Assembly (NCBI GenBank): GCA_047610985.1
Contig: JBLFWU010000010.1
Location: 6,502 to 70,501, forward strand
DNA: 64,000 bases
Reading direction: 5' to 3'
Source of the DNA: Nitrospinales bacterium
GTDB taxonomy: Bacteria; Nitrospinota; Nitrospinia; Nitrospinales; VA-1
Positions 1 to 10,466 of the stretch are shown in pieces. Each line of letters begins with the position of its first letter. Within the stretch, counting starts at the first letter, position 1. The notes beneath the pieces are model-generated. The model saw nothing but the letters and a program-made list of their open reading frames with translations. It was not told the DNA's origin and searched no databases. Made by a program: the position numbers and the translations under genes.

Positions 1-560
1 GTTACTCTAGCCTCGTTTTCTATTATTTTGCGTTCCGTAATATCTGTCAAAATGGATTTATATAATTCTTGAGTCTCGCTGTTGGGTGGCTCGGAAGTTG
101 TTTGCAGTTGCAGATAGCGTCCCTTTGAAATGGGATTGTGCGAACAAATTTCAGTAACCTGTGTGGAGTTTAACTCCAGAGCTTGAAAATAATGTTTTTT
201 GGCTTTTCCCTGATCTTTCGGTGAGATAAAGGTTGTAATATTTTCGCCAATCAATGAATCTCTTTTCACTCCAAACAGATGCGACGCCATTAAATTTGCT
301 TCAATAATATTTCCCTCGTGATCGAGGGTCAAATAGCCGCAGGGAGCGTTTTGATACAAATCGATGTACTTTTCCACCGATTCCTCAAGCAGGGAGTTAG
401 ATTTGAGAAGTTCCTCATTTTGCATTTCTAACTCGATCTGATGGATTTGCAGTTCGTGAACTAATGACATAGGATCTTGCAAGGAAAAATCGGATTCTTG
501 TCGGGGTAATGACTTTTTAAGAATTCCCGCCGCTCTCTGGCGCAAACTAGAATTTTTCAT
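1..560 (-). CDS. PAS-domain sensor protein (probably histidine kinase or diguanylate cyclase), 3' part outside the window
   Basis: Not in ORF track. Read by hand from ATG at 560: MKNSSLRQRAAGILKK...LVHELQIHQIELEMQNEEL...YIDLYQNAPCGYLTLDHEGNIIEANL...DITERK. This coiled-coil plus PAS N-terminus is typical of proteins that follow cheBR fusions. The frame is open to the window edge. Confidence 0.85.
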   Translation of the reverse strand, partial: MKNSSLRQRAAGILKKSLPRQESDFSLQDPMSLVHELQIHQIELEMQNEELLKSNSLLEESVEKYIDLYQNAPCGYLTLDHEGNIIEANLMASHLFGVKRDSLIGENITTFISPKDQGKAKKHYFQALELNSTQVTEICSHNPISKGRYLQLQTTSEPPNSETQELYKSILTDITERKIIENEARV

Positions 561-663
561 GGTCTGCCTTTAAAGGTTATCAACGCTTGAGGTTATAACT
601 TAGTGAATACTCATCATCTGTTAAGCCATTGAGCTGATATGAATATGTGAAACTTTAAAAAGT

Positions 664-3600
664 TTAACCTAGGTCTATTTTTACATCTTCCTTAATTTCG
701 GTATCGATGCTGAAAAACCCCAGGGTTTTTCCGTGTTTATCTATGTTGGGGGCGTATTGGGTCAAAACTTTTCGTATGCCTCCATTCAGAAAGGGTATAG
801 CCGCCTCGAAAACAACTTTATTGCCCTTTAAAGCTAGTTCGATATATTTTTTGACCTTGTTGTAAGCGGGAACCCCCATAACCGTCTTCATGTGTTTTCC
901 ATGGACTTCATCTTTTTTCAATCCAAACCACTCTTCATAAGCCAAATTGTTTAAACGGTAAATTTGTTTGGAATCGACATAAGCTACCAGCACCGATAGT
1001 GAATCAGTAATAAGCTGAAGTTCTCCCGACTCTTTCAATTGCGATTTCGTCGTTTTAAGCTCATGAATGTTTATAAAGGTGATGACCAATCCATCAATCT
1101 TATTGTTTCCGGTTCGATAAGGCAGGATGCGCATGTGATACCAGACATTATCATTAGTTTGCACCTCACATTCCTTGAATTCCAGTGACTTCAGAACATG
1201 CCTGCAGTCTTCTGAGAAATTTTTGTATTGAAGTTTGGAGACGATATCGCTGATGGGTCGGCCAATATCCGATGAAATTAAACTAATGATAGTTTGTGTC
1301 TCTGGTGTGAATCGCTTTACGTTCAGATCGTTATTAAGGAAGAGCGTGGCAATATTGGTGCTGTTGAGTAGGTTGACCATGTCATCATTAGCTTCGGTAA
1401 AATCAGTAATCTTTATCTGCAATTCAGCATTGGTCGTCTGCAATTCTTCGTTGAGCGACTGCATTTCTTCCTTCGAAGTCTCAATTTCCTCATTAGAACT
1501 TTGAAGTTCCTCATTGGTGGATTGTAGTTCTTCGTTGGTCGACTTGAGTTCTTCATTGGTTGTTTCGAGTTCCTCAATGGCGCTTTGAAGGTTTTCTCGG
1601 GTGTACTGAAGTTCATTTTTCAGTATTTCCATCTTCCGCGAACTCACTTGCTTTGTGCTGCCAGCGGTTTTCTTTTTCGAAGTCGTGGGATCTGCGGGTT
1701 TATGAGATTGAAATATCACCAGGAAAAGGCCCTGCAAGGGTTCAGGTTTAGAAATTTTTTGAACCGTGATATCGATCTTAAGAGTTTCGTCACGGTTCTT
1801 AATCTCAATATCTTTGGAGGAAACCGGCATATTCTGGTGATAAGCTTTGCTTAGTGCACTCGCCAGTTCAACCTTCAAACCTTCTCGAGCCATGGAGAGG
1901 ATGTTATGGTCCGGCTCTCCCTCAGCAGGTTCAAGATAGTCACCTGTTCGACCATGAATATAAAACACACCGCCACGATCATCCACCACCACGCTTGCGG
2001 GAGCAAAATTACTCAGCAAATGTTTTTCCATCAAAATCTGGATATTGTTGGAGGGGTTATCTTTGGCAGGTTTTAGTTTGGCACTAATATCCCGAAAAGC
2101 CCGAGTGTCTGTTTTTGAGTTAATAATGTCAAAGTTTCCAACCTCTTGTAAAAAGGATTGGATGTTGTTTCGTGAATAAATTTTCCATTTTTTATTGATT
2201 GGATTGAATAACCGAGCGCTGTTGCCGAGAGACTCTGAATTGCCGAGAAACAGTGTGCCGCTGGAATTTAAAGAATAATGAAACAAAGTCATTAACTTTT
2301 TTTGCAGGACCGGTTCAAGATAGATAAGCAGGTTTCTGCAGGAAATGAAATCGAGTTTAGTGAAAGGGGGATCTTGAGTGACATTTTGTGGAGCAAAGAT
2401 CGCCATTTCCCGAATGCTCGATCTGATTCGATAATGGTCGTCCTCTTTATCGAAATAATTTTTCAAATACTTCGCGGACATATCTGCAGCAATCCCTTTC
2501 GGATAAACACCTGCACGAGCGGTATCAATGGCATGAGGATCCAGGTCGGTTCCAAAAATCTGAATACTATTTTTAAAATTCAACTTACTTCCTGCTTCAG
2601 AAAGCAGGATGGCGAGAGAATAAACTTCTTCACCGGTAGCACATCCTGGAACCCATATACGTATATTGGAACCAAGTGGCTTTTTTTCTAGCAACTTTGG
2701 AAACACCTTTTCTTTTAAATATTTAAAGGCATCTGGATCTCTAAAAAATGCGGTTACGCTGATGAGCAATTCTTTGAAAAGGATGTCCCCTTCCTGCGGA
2801 TTTTCCTGCAGGTGTTTCAGGTACTCCTTCGGATTGTTGATGTGGTGAACATTCATGCGCCTTTCAATGCGTCGACGCGTGGTGTTGCTCTTGTATTTCG
2901 AAAAATCATGCCCGGTACGGTTTCTAAGTTGCAAAAATATTTTTTGCATGATGACATCCACCTGGACGTCTTTATTTTTATCAGGCGTAGTGGTCGAGAG
3001 AAAAGGACCTTTTACATATTTAATCAATCGTGCTGGCATTTTGCTTGGGGCAAGGGTGTAGTCTACGAGACCCGTGCTCAATGCATTGCCAGGCATTCCA
3101 AAAAACTTTGCGCTGGATTCTCGCTGAACCATTGCCATCCCAGATTCGCCTTTGATCTCACGCAGGCCGAGCGTTCCATCTGTCCCGGTTCCTGAAAGAA
3201 TGATGCAAATGGCCTTGTCCTTTTGCTCCTGCGCCAGAGAACGAAAAAAAGAATCTATTGGCAAAGACAAACCGCGCGACTCAACAGAATCAGATATATG
3301 AAATATGCCATTGAAAAGGGTTGTATTTTTCCCTGGAGGATTCAGGTAGACGCAGTTCTGTTTTACCTTGGTTTGGTCAGTCACCTCACAAACATTCATA
3401 GAGGTGCACTTTCTCAACAGCTCGGGCAAAACGGAAGTATGCCCATGGTGTTGGTGCGTAATAACAACAAACGCTATACCGCTTTGAGGATCCATATGCG
3501 CAAAAAAATCCTCGAAGGCTTCAAGGCCTCCGGCAGAAGCGCCAATCCCTACAATAGGAAAAGAGGCGGGGCTAAACCCTATAGACTTTTTTATGGTCTT

Positions 3601-3715
3601 TATTTTAGTGTTGGTTTTTTGGGGGGGGGGAGGTCTTGGTTTTAGTAGTTTTGCTAGAGGTCGCTTTTTTGGTCTTCGTTTCTACTTTTTTGGATTTGGT
3701 TTTCTTTTTAATCAT
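664..3715 (-). CDS. CheB methylesterase / CheR methyltransferase / coiled-coil / PAS fusion; 5' end frameshifted at a G10 tract (main ORF 664-3495)
   Basis: CheB motifs IVGIGASAGG (in frame upstream of 3495), ILSGTGTDG; CheR motifs VTAFFRD, WVPGCATGEEVYS, ISCRNLLIY; NEELQS heptads; two PAS-like domains. ATG at 3715 is one base out of frame across G10 at 3621-3630. Confidence 0.9.
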
Positions 3716-4370
3716 GATGATATCCCGCAAACAATGTTTGATGGGGCAAAGCCGAGGTCATCTTACTCTTAAAGGTTAGAATTGTCTTGGTATTAATAAC
3801 CCCCCCCATATCAGTAGGCAGGGAGAGGGGGAATAACAAGGTAACGTTGAGGCTGGTATTAGAGTGAATATTCTGCTGATATCAAAAAAGCATTTCTACT
3901 CATCTTAAAAATCAGCTTTGAGTCGTCAACAGACATGTTTTAACTCTGGCAAAGGCTGTACTCAATAATATCAGCGTAAAGTACGCAATATAATTGCTTT
4001 CCTTACTTTTGGTGATTTTTAAATCCACTAAACACCTTTTAAAATCGTAAGTTACTTTGATATTACATTTATTGATTGAAATTGGGGATGTTATTTGAAT
4101 TTGAACAATATTCGCCCTACGAAGTATCAACTAAAGTCTTCCCTCATTCAAATCTGATCGGACGTATAAGAAAAATTATACGTCTCGAGCAACCGTATAC
4201 CTTTATTGCCCTCTCGGCCTTTTAGAGAATGACAGAACAGGCAGTTGTTTTTAAAAACTTCCAGTCCCTCTTGAACTTTTGGAGAAGTCCCTTATAACGC
4301 TGTCAATAATCGGGGAAAGCCAATGGTTAATAATAGCGAGTCACTCATGTGCATGGCTCGGTCAGAATAT

Positions 4371-4450
4371 TCGAAGGAAGTAAAACGGCTGAATAAAATT
4401 GAAGTGGCGTTAGAAGCCGCGCCGGACAAACAAATTTCACTCACTGCTCC
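4371..4450 (+). mobile_element. Short transposase remnant resembling IS1182 family
   Basis: Translates as SKEVKRLNKIEVALEAAPDKQISLTAP, resembling the PDKQISLTDPDAR segment I recall from IS1182 transposases. No full ORF. Confidence 0.55.
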
Positions 4451-4568
4451 AATAAATACTATTTTCCTACATTTTTTGGTTGACTTAAAATTCTAAATCT
4501 TGGATATTTTCACACCATAAGGAACTACGTGGGTAAGCACCTTACCCACTGAATAGGAGCGAGAATTC

Positions 4569-5561
4569 ATGACTGATCGACAGGTGCCAAACGCTTGGCT
4601 AAATGTACCATCGACCTCTGGATTGCTTGCTGTCGGCAGTTCTCACTCGATTTATTGGAGCTCTTTCGGCCATCCCGATGCGATGCCAGTTATTGCTCTG
4701 CACGGCGGTCCTGGTTCCGGCTCAGATTCCCGACACTTAACGTTCTTCGACCCACAAATTCATCGGGTGATCATGTTCGATCAGCGCGGTACCGGGCAAT
4801 CAACGCCGTCGGCCACTACGATTAAAAACACGCCGCAAGACTTACTAGATGATATCGAAAAACTGCGCTGCTATTTAAGCGTCGAGCGTTGGTTGGTCTT
4901 TGGTGTGTCCTGGGGAGCCAGTCTTGCATTGCTCTATAGTCAAAACCACCCACAGGTCAGTACTGGCTTGGTGCTGGCAGGGTTGTCAAATCGCCACGAG
5001 CATCAGACCGCGTGGATACTTGAGGAGCGTGCGCGGCTATTGCCCGAACGTCACGAGGAGTTTCTGAAGGCGCTTGCTCCCGGCGAACGAGCTGATCCGA
5101 TTGTAGCTTATTATCGAAAGAGTTTGTCTTCGGATCGAAAGAACCAACTCGAGGCAACGTACGCCGTTTGGGTGCTGGAAGCTGACTTGGAAGGCCCGGA
5201 ACTGAAAACGCTGCCGACGATGAGCCTCGATGAGATTGACGCGAGCATGGTCAACCGCGCAATGATTTACCTTCACTACTGGGCGAACAGGACTTTTCTC
5301 CCACACGGTCATTTATTGATTAACCCGAGTGCGCTGATTGAACTGCCTGTGGTATTGGTTCACGGTTCGTCGGACTGGATTTGCCCGCTAAGCGGCGCGC
5401 AGCGAGTGGCTGATTCGATCGAGGGTGCTCAATTGATCGTTGTGCCGGGCGCAGGGCACTCGCCCTATAGTGCAGACATGGTGGTAGCACTGCGCGAATC
5501 TATTGTGGCCTCAAGACAACGAAACTCTCGATTAACGACTACCAATTCGTCGATGCGTTAA
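4569..5561 (+). CDS. pip: Proline iminopeptidase-like alpha/beta hydrolase (peptidase S33)
   Basis: LHGGPGSG, FDQRGTGQS, GVSWG nucleophile elbow, C-terminal D..C and AGH; RBS-like AGGAG upstream. Confidence 0.85.
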   Translation: MTDRQVPNAWLNVPSTSGLLAVGSSHSIYWSSFGHPDAMPVIALHGGPGSGSDSRHLTFFDPQIHRVIMFDQRGTGQSTPSATTIKNTPQDLLDDIEKLRCYLSVERWLVFGVSWGASLALLYSQNHPQVSTGLVLAGLSNRHEHQTAWILEERARLLPERHEEFLKALAPGERADPIVAYYRKSLSSDRKNQLEATYAVWVLEADLEGPELKTLPTMSLDEIDASMVNRAMIYLHYWANRTFLPHGHLLINPSALIELPVVLVHGSSDWICPLSGAQRVADSIEGAQLIVVPGAGHSPYSADMVVALRESIVASRQRNSRLTTTNSSMR

Positions 5562-5721
5562 TACCTGAACTACTCCCCCTATAGTGGTACCCGTTTCAGG
5601 TGCGTAATCCGCCCGAACAACTCCATCCCGAATTGTCCGTAAAACCTGTTTAGTTTCGTAAAACACGTCAAGGCAGGAAATGATTTTAACCCACCTGATT
5701 GTTTGTAAATTCTGTGTTTGA

Positions 5722-6435
5722 CTATTTACTGTAAAACTCTTTTTTTGCTTCCCGAATGTATTCAGAAACTGATCTTCTAGATTTTGAATATCGTTCTTTA
5801 TATTCCCTATTAGAAATGCTTTCTACTCCAGTGTGATGGGCATCGGGTGCTAAAATTTTTGTGATTTTTGTGCTATTTACTAGATTGGAAATTGATATTT
5901 CGTCATCAGTATTAAGAATTTCAATAACCTTATTTTTGACGAGTTCTTTTAATGGTGAGTCTTTCTTTCCTTTTTTTACGGTAGGGATTGATGAGTTGAG
6001 AGAGGGTTTTATTGATTTGAAAATTAAAGAAACTTGTTTAGGAGTTTTTATTTCAAAACGATCAAATTTTTTTTGTGTTTTTGAGTGATTAATCCATGAC
6101 TTAAATTCGGATGGGGCAAATAGTGCTTGAAGGGTAAATGAAAAAGGTTTGTCTGAATGAGAAAAAGAGTCAGATTTGTTAAGATTGATTAATTCTCCAG
6201 TATCTATCGCATTAGTTAAAGCTTTTAGAAAATTTTTTTGTTTTCGTGTTCGTCGATCTTCAAACGCAACTTCGTTAACAAAAAATAACCGTTCGCAATC
6301 TTCACCTGACCAGTATAGTTTGGCTAGATACTCTTCGGAGTTAATGGTGGTCGATTGGTAATATTCTTCTTCTTGCTCCAAGGCAAGCTTTTGATTCTCT
6401 ATTGTTGATTGTAGCTTTTGAGTTTTCTTATTCAT
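5722..6435 (-). CDS. Hypothetical protein, AT-rich, possible C-terminal DNA-binding helical domain
   Basis: 237 aa ORF, Lys-rich, no family motif recognised. Confidence 0.6.
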   Translation of the reverse strand: MNKKTQKLQSTIENQKLALEQEEEYYQSTTINSEEYLAKLYWSGEDCERLFFVNEVAFEDRRTRKQKNFLKALTNAIDTGELINLNKSDSFSHSDKPFSFTLQALFAPSEFKSWINHSKTQKKFDRFEIKTPKQVSLIFKSIKPSLNSSIPTVKKGKKDSPLKELVKNKVIEILNTDDEISISNLVNSTKITKILAPDAHHTGVESISNREYKERYSKSRRSVSEYIREAKKEFYSK

Positions 6436-6544
6436 TCTATAAAGGGGGCCAGTCGCTTCTTGGCTGTATCTTTTTAAAGAGGGAGTTTATTATCCCGTCC
6501 TTTTTCACCTGTTAAAACATTTCTCTTTCTTGGCTCTGAATCGA

Positions 6545-6961
6545 TCAGGATCCTTCACTTCTATCTGGAGCTTGTCTTACGGGTGCTCGTCTCTGAGGTT
6601 TCGGTAGTATAGGCACATACTGGTTTAAAATATCCGACTGGAGGATATTAACATTACCGTTGGCGTATTTTTTTGCGTAGTAAAAAAAGTTTGCGGCCTC
6701 TTTGGGATATCCCCATTTGTGCAGGCTCAAGGCCCCATTAAAATAGCCTTCTGCGGATGGGGCGATTTTTAAAACCTCTCGGAAATGTTTGTAGGCCTCT
6801 TCGTAATTTCCCTGATTGAAGCTTTCGATGCCTTCGGCATGATGTTGACTGGCTTTAGGTTTTAACCCTTCCTGTATCGGTAAAGGCTGTTCCTCGGCGA
6901 AGATGGGTGCTGAAATAAAAACCAAACCCAACACAAATATGGGAAAAACCATTTTTCGCAT
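6545..6961 (-). CDS. Exported TPR-repeat protein
   Basis: Signal peptide MRKMVFPIFVLGLVFISAPIFA, then TPR-like helices (GIESFNQGNYEEAYKHFREVLKIAP). The ORF track starts at 7006. Confidence 0.75.
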   Translation of the reverse strand: MRKMVFPIFVLGLVFISAPIFAEEQPLPIQEGLKPKASQHHAEGIESFNQGNYEEAYKHFREVLKIAPSAEGYFNGALSLHKWGYPKEAANFFYYAKKYANGNVNILQSDILNQYVPILPKPQRRAPVRQAPDRSEGS

Positions 6962-7096
6962 CCGCTTATCCTCTTTATTTTTTCTAGGTTCCCATTTTCC
7001 CACCATGAAGCCTGATTCGCACCCTTAAAATACATCTAGGGTCAACGAAGAACTCCAACAGGCCCTGCTGTAAAATCAGTTTAATAGGAATTAGCT

Positions 7097-10000
7097 TTAT
7101 TTTGAGCCGCCGGTGAGGTTGCCGGGAATATTGAATAGCTCATTCAAAATAGCTCCCGGTTTTTCGGTCAGCGATTTATGTGGTTGCGGTGTGACGCTGG
7201 GGGCGCTCAGTTTGCCATCGACTTTGAAATAGGTTTCGATTATTCCGCCTTTTTTGCCACCTGTTAAAATTTGACCCAGAAGAGGAATGGCTTTAATGGT
7301 TTCGTCCAGCATCTGCAACGGCATGACTTTGATCTGTGCGTTTATCGTATCTTTTCCCAGATCGGCATCGCCCAAGACTTGCATATTGATTTGCGAGCTT
7401 TTCATTTCAAAATTATCGGTATTGATCAGACCCTTAACAATTTTAAAATCGCCTCCCAAATATTCATAGTTCAAGCCTGCTTTTTTAGCATCCAAGAGAG
7501 ATGTAGGATTCAAAATAGTCAATATTGTTTCCAGGGCGCCAAGTTCAGGAAGATTTCCGTGAACAAGGTTTAATTTGATATCTCCGGATAATTGCTTTGC
7601 GATGTCAGGAAAGCCCTTTCCATTTTCAGGAAGAGAGCCATTGAGTTTCCCCTGCAGGCTCAAAGGCCCCGCCAGTTGTTTGGCGAAGTCTTCGACTTTT
7701 AATTTGTCGCCTTTGAATTTTAAACGGTAGGCCCCCGATGGAGGTAAGAAACTACCTGCAAGTTTCAGTTGCCCATTTTCAGGGAAAACTCGACCTTCGG
7801 TCAGGTCTATTTGCTTTGGGCTGATTTTAAATTTTGTTTGAACTTTTTTAAACTGCAATCCGGCAGTTGTAAGTTTATCTAGCTCTATCAGGGCGTGGGT
7901 AAAATCTTTCGAACTATCTTTAAGAATTAGTTTAGCTGTATCGATGGTATTCTTTTTTTCTCCCGTGCCTAGAACAAGTTTACTTGCTGTAAGTGTCCCT
8001 ACCGCTTTGATATTTATATATTTTTCAGATAAGGGACCTTTTATTTTAAGCTGGCCTGCGAGTTTTCCCGAAGCAGGAACCCAGTCGCCTTTTTTGATAC
8101 CTTGAATCCAGGCCAGATCGATATGCTCCAACCCGATATCTGTGTCGACAGTTTTAATACCTGTTTCTTTGAGACCAAGGCTTCCTTTGACTGAAGCATT
8201 GCCACCCAATAGTTTTGCCGTGATATCGTGCCGTAATTGATTGTTGTCGAGTGATGCACTGCCTTTAAGTCGACCGAGTTCTGCGTTGACCGTTTTGCCT
8301 TTAATATCCAGAGGTAAACTTAGATTTTCTAAATCGAATGCCGTATCGATTTTGAGTCCGCTTGTTAAAAACTTCCCATTGTCTGGAATAGTGCCTTTAA
8401 GTTTAATGTCTGCAGAAATAATTCCATAGGCAGGTTTTTCAAGATAATCCAGTGAAGAAAGATCAATCGTTTTTAGTTTGAGGGTGGTGTCGGCAATTAT
8501 TTCGTTGCCGATTTTTATATTGCCATTTGCGCTCAGGCTGCCTCCCAGTATTTCTGCGTTGATGTCGTGGGTCAATTTATTTTTAATGAGACTGGCTTTG
8601 CCATTCAGCTTGGGAATTGCCAACGGAAACATTTTTTGTCCGTTCTGGATAGGTAAGGACAAATTAGAAACATTGAAAGAAGTTTCGATTTCAAGGTTGT
8701 CGAGGTTTCCATCTTTCGGAATGGGTCCTTTTAGTTTGACATTTCCTGAAGCGATTCCCTGAGTTGGAATTCCTGTGCCGGGTTTTAGCAGATTGAGTTT
8801 GCTAAGATCTAGATTGGAAAATTCGATTTGGTTGTCCAGAACCGGATGCTTTAAATCTTTCACTGCGCCATTGGATTTGAAATTGCCCGCAAAAATATTA
8901 CCAATGATCTGGTAATTGAGTTGGTCGTTTTGGTAGTCGCCGTTTCCCTCAAGTGAAGGCAGAGAGATTTTTTCAGTTTGGTTGGGTTGAGCCAGTACTA
9001 GTTTGTTTAACTTAAAATTCAATTTGCCTTTTAAGCTTTTGGGTAGGGCTTCCCCTGTCTCAGGAATCGGACCTGATATGTTAAATGCTCCCGAAACATT
9101 ACCCGATTCTGGATGCCAGTTTCCTGACTTCGGCAAAGGGAGTCGGGTAATATCTAGTTCCGTCCAATTTAGGTCTGCTTTAATATTCTTTTGCGTTGTT
9201 AAGGGCAGCTCTCCCTTTAAGCCAAACTGGCTTCCTAGTGCGGTGCCTTTTATATCAGGGTGTAAGACTCCTTGAGACCACTTCCCGGTTCCTTCTAGAG
9301 GATTAATTTGTAGAGGATTTGCCCCCAGGTTTAAAACCACATTTTTTATGTTGAAATTGAGTTGTCCGCTGGATTGCTGTTTTAAAACTTCGGGTTTTTC
9401 AAGAGCGGCAAGAGGTGTCTGGATGCTTAAAGATATATCTTTAATTTGAAGTTCGGCTATTTTAGCCAGAGTCTTTTCGACATCTTTAGAAAAAAAAGCA
9501 AGTACGGGTTTAATATCATTCAGATCAAAGGAACTGGTTTCAAGGTCTACAGATAGGTGAGCATTTTCTTCTGTCAGGTTTTCACCTTTTGCTTTTCCTT
9601 GTAGAGAAATTTCTCCAGTGTTTATTTTTAGGGAATCTACTACAACCTCCAATCGGTCTGATGATATTTGTTCGAGTTGTAGGCTAAGGTCGACTCGAGC
9701 TAATAAACTTTGTTGTTTTCCAGGACGGATCAAGGTTATCTGACCGTCTGATATTTTAAAATTCCGTACCGAGAGTTGAGATTTTTTTAATGCCCGCTGA
9801 GCAGATTTAACAGGCGTTGTTGAAGTGGGTTTTGCTTCTGCGGGTTCCTTTTTACTTGTGGCTGGCTTTTTCGCTGGAGAATCGGAAAGGTTTAGCGTGA
9901 GCCGCGGACGGTCAAGAGTAGCGCTGCTTATTTTGAACTCGCCGAATAGAAGAGGTGCCCATTCTGCTAGAAGGTGTAAATGATCTACAGCATAGGTTTC

Positions 10001-10276
10001 TCCTTTTGGAGTAACCACTTTAACGCCGCTGCATTTGAGTCCAAGACCGTGAGCAAACCCAAAACCAATGGAATCTATTTCGATCTTCATCCCGCTTTCA
10101 GCAGAAACTTTTGCAATCAATGTGTCTTTGGCTTGATCCAGATCAATAGATGAAAGACCCACGGCAATTATCAGGACAACGGCAAAAAAGCCTATTAACC
10201 ATCGTTTGAGGCGGGTTTTTCTAACTGTTGCTGAATCAGGAGAACTATTTTGGGTTTCAGACACGTTAGGGCTCAA
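7097..10276 (-). CDS. AsmA-family (AsmA/YhdP-like) bridge-like lipid transfer protein
   Basis: N-terminal TM anchor, long beta-rich repetitive body, AsmA_2-like C-terminus (IKAIPLLGQILTG...YFKVDGKLSAPSV). Confidence 0.85.
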   Translation of the reverse strand: MSPNVSETQNSSPDSATVRKTRLKRWLIGFFAVVLIIAVGLSSIDLDQAKDTLIAKVSAESGMKIEIDSIGFGFAHGLGLKCSGVKVVTPKGETYAVDHLHLLAEWAPLLFGEFKISSATLDRPRLTLNLSDSPAKKPATSKKEPAEAKPTSTTPVKSAQRALKKSQLSVRNFKISDGQITLIRPGKQQSLLARVDLSLQLEQISSDRLEVVVDSLKINTGEISLQGKAKGENLTEENAHLSVDLETSSFDLNDIKPVLAFFSKDVEKTLAKIAELQIKDISLSIQTPLAALEKPEVLKQQSSGQLNFNIKNVVLNLGANPLQINPLEGTGKWSQGVLHPDIKGTALGSQFGLKGELPLTTQKNIKADLNWTELDITRLPLPKSGNWHPESGNVSGAFNISGPIPETGEALPKSLKGKLNFKLNKLVLAQPNQTEKISLPSLEGNGDYQNDQLNYQIIGNIFAGNFKSNGAVKDLKHPVLDNQIEFSNLDLSKLNLLKPGTGIPTQGIASGNVKLKGPIPKDGNLDNLEIETSFNVSNLSLPIQNGQKMFPLAIPKLNGKASLIKNKLTHDINAEILGGSLSANGNIKIGNEIIADTTLKLKTIDLSSLDYLEKPAYGIISADIKLKGTIPDNGKFLTSGLKIDTAFDLENLSLPLDIKGKTVNAELGRLKGSASLDNNQLRHDITAKLLGGNASVKGSLGLKETGIKTVDTDIGLEHIDLAWIQGIKKGDWVPASGKLAGQLKIKGPLSEKYINIKAVGTLTASKLVLGTGEKKNTIDTAKLILKDSSKDFTHALIELDKLTTAGLQFKKVQTKFKISPKQIDLTEGRVFPENGQLKLAGSFLPPSGAYRLKFKGDKLKVEDFAKQLAGPLSLQGKLNGSLPENGKGFPDIAKQLSGDIKLNLVHGNLPELGALETILTILNPTSLLDAKKAGLNYEYLGGDFKIVKGLINTDNFEMKSSQINMQVLGDADLGKDTINAQIKVMPLQMLDETIKAIPLLGQILTGGKKGGIIETYFKVDGKLSAPSVTPQPHKSLTEKPGAILNELFNIPGNLTGGSK

Positions 10277-10466
10277 GTTATCAGTCGTTTTGCCGATTTT
10301 TCAATAAGAAGGATTATGCCTTTATTTTAACATACTTAGAGCGACCCTTGAAGGGGATAATCCATAGGGGATTTTGGTTTTTAACGCTGAAATATCTGGA
10401 TAAGATTTTTGCTTCATTCGCTGTGCTAGAATTGAATTTACACACTTTAACGAAAAGAGTTCATTT

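Noticed and set aside
1440-1600. Approximately 21-bp periodic repeats
   Set aside because: Explained by the NEELQST coiled-coil heptads of the CheBR protein; not a CRISPR array.
3721-3780. GCAAAC...GGCAAAGCC resembling a c-di-GMP-I riboswitch
   Set aside because: Lacks the GAAA tetraloop stem and receptor, and lies on the strand opposite the adjacent gene.
3912-4130. 72-aa ORF from the track
   Set aside because: Very AT-rich, TTG start, no motif; likely spurious.
5531-5562. ATTAACG...CGTTAAT inverted repeat at the end of pip, a possible attC
   Set aside because: Too short for attC, lies inside the coding end, and no integrase or second cassette is present.
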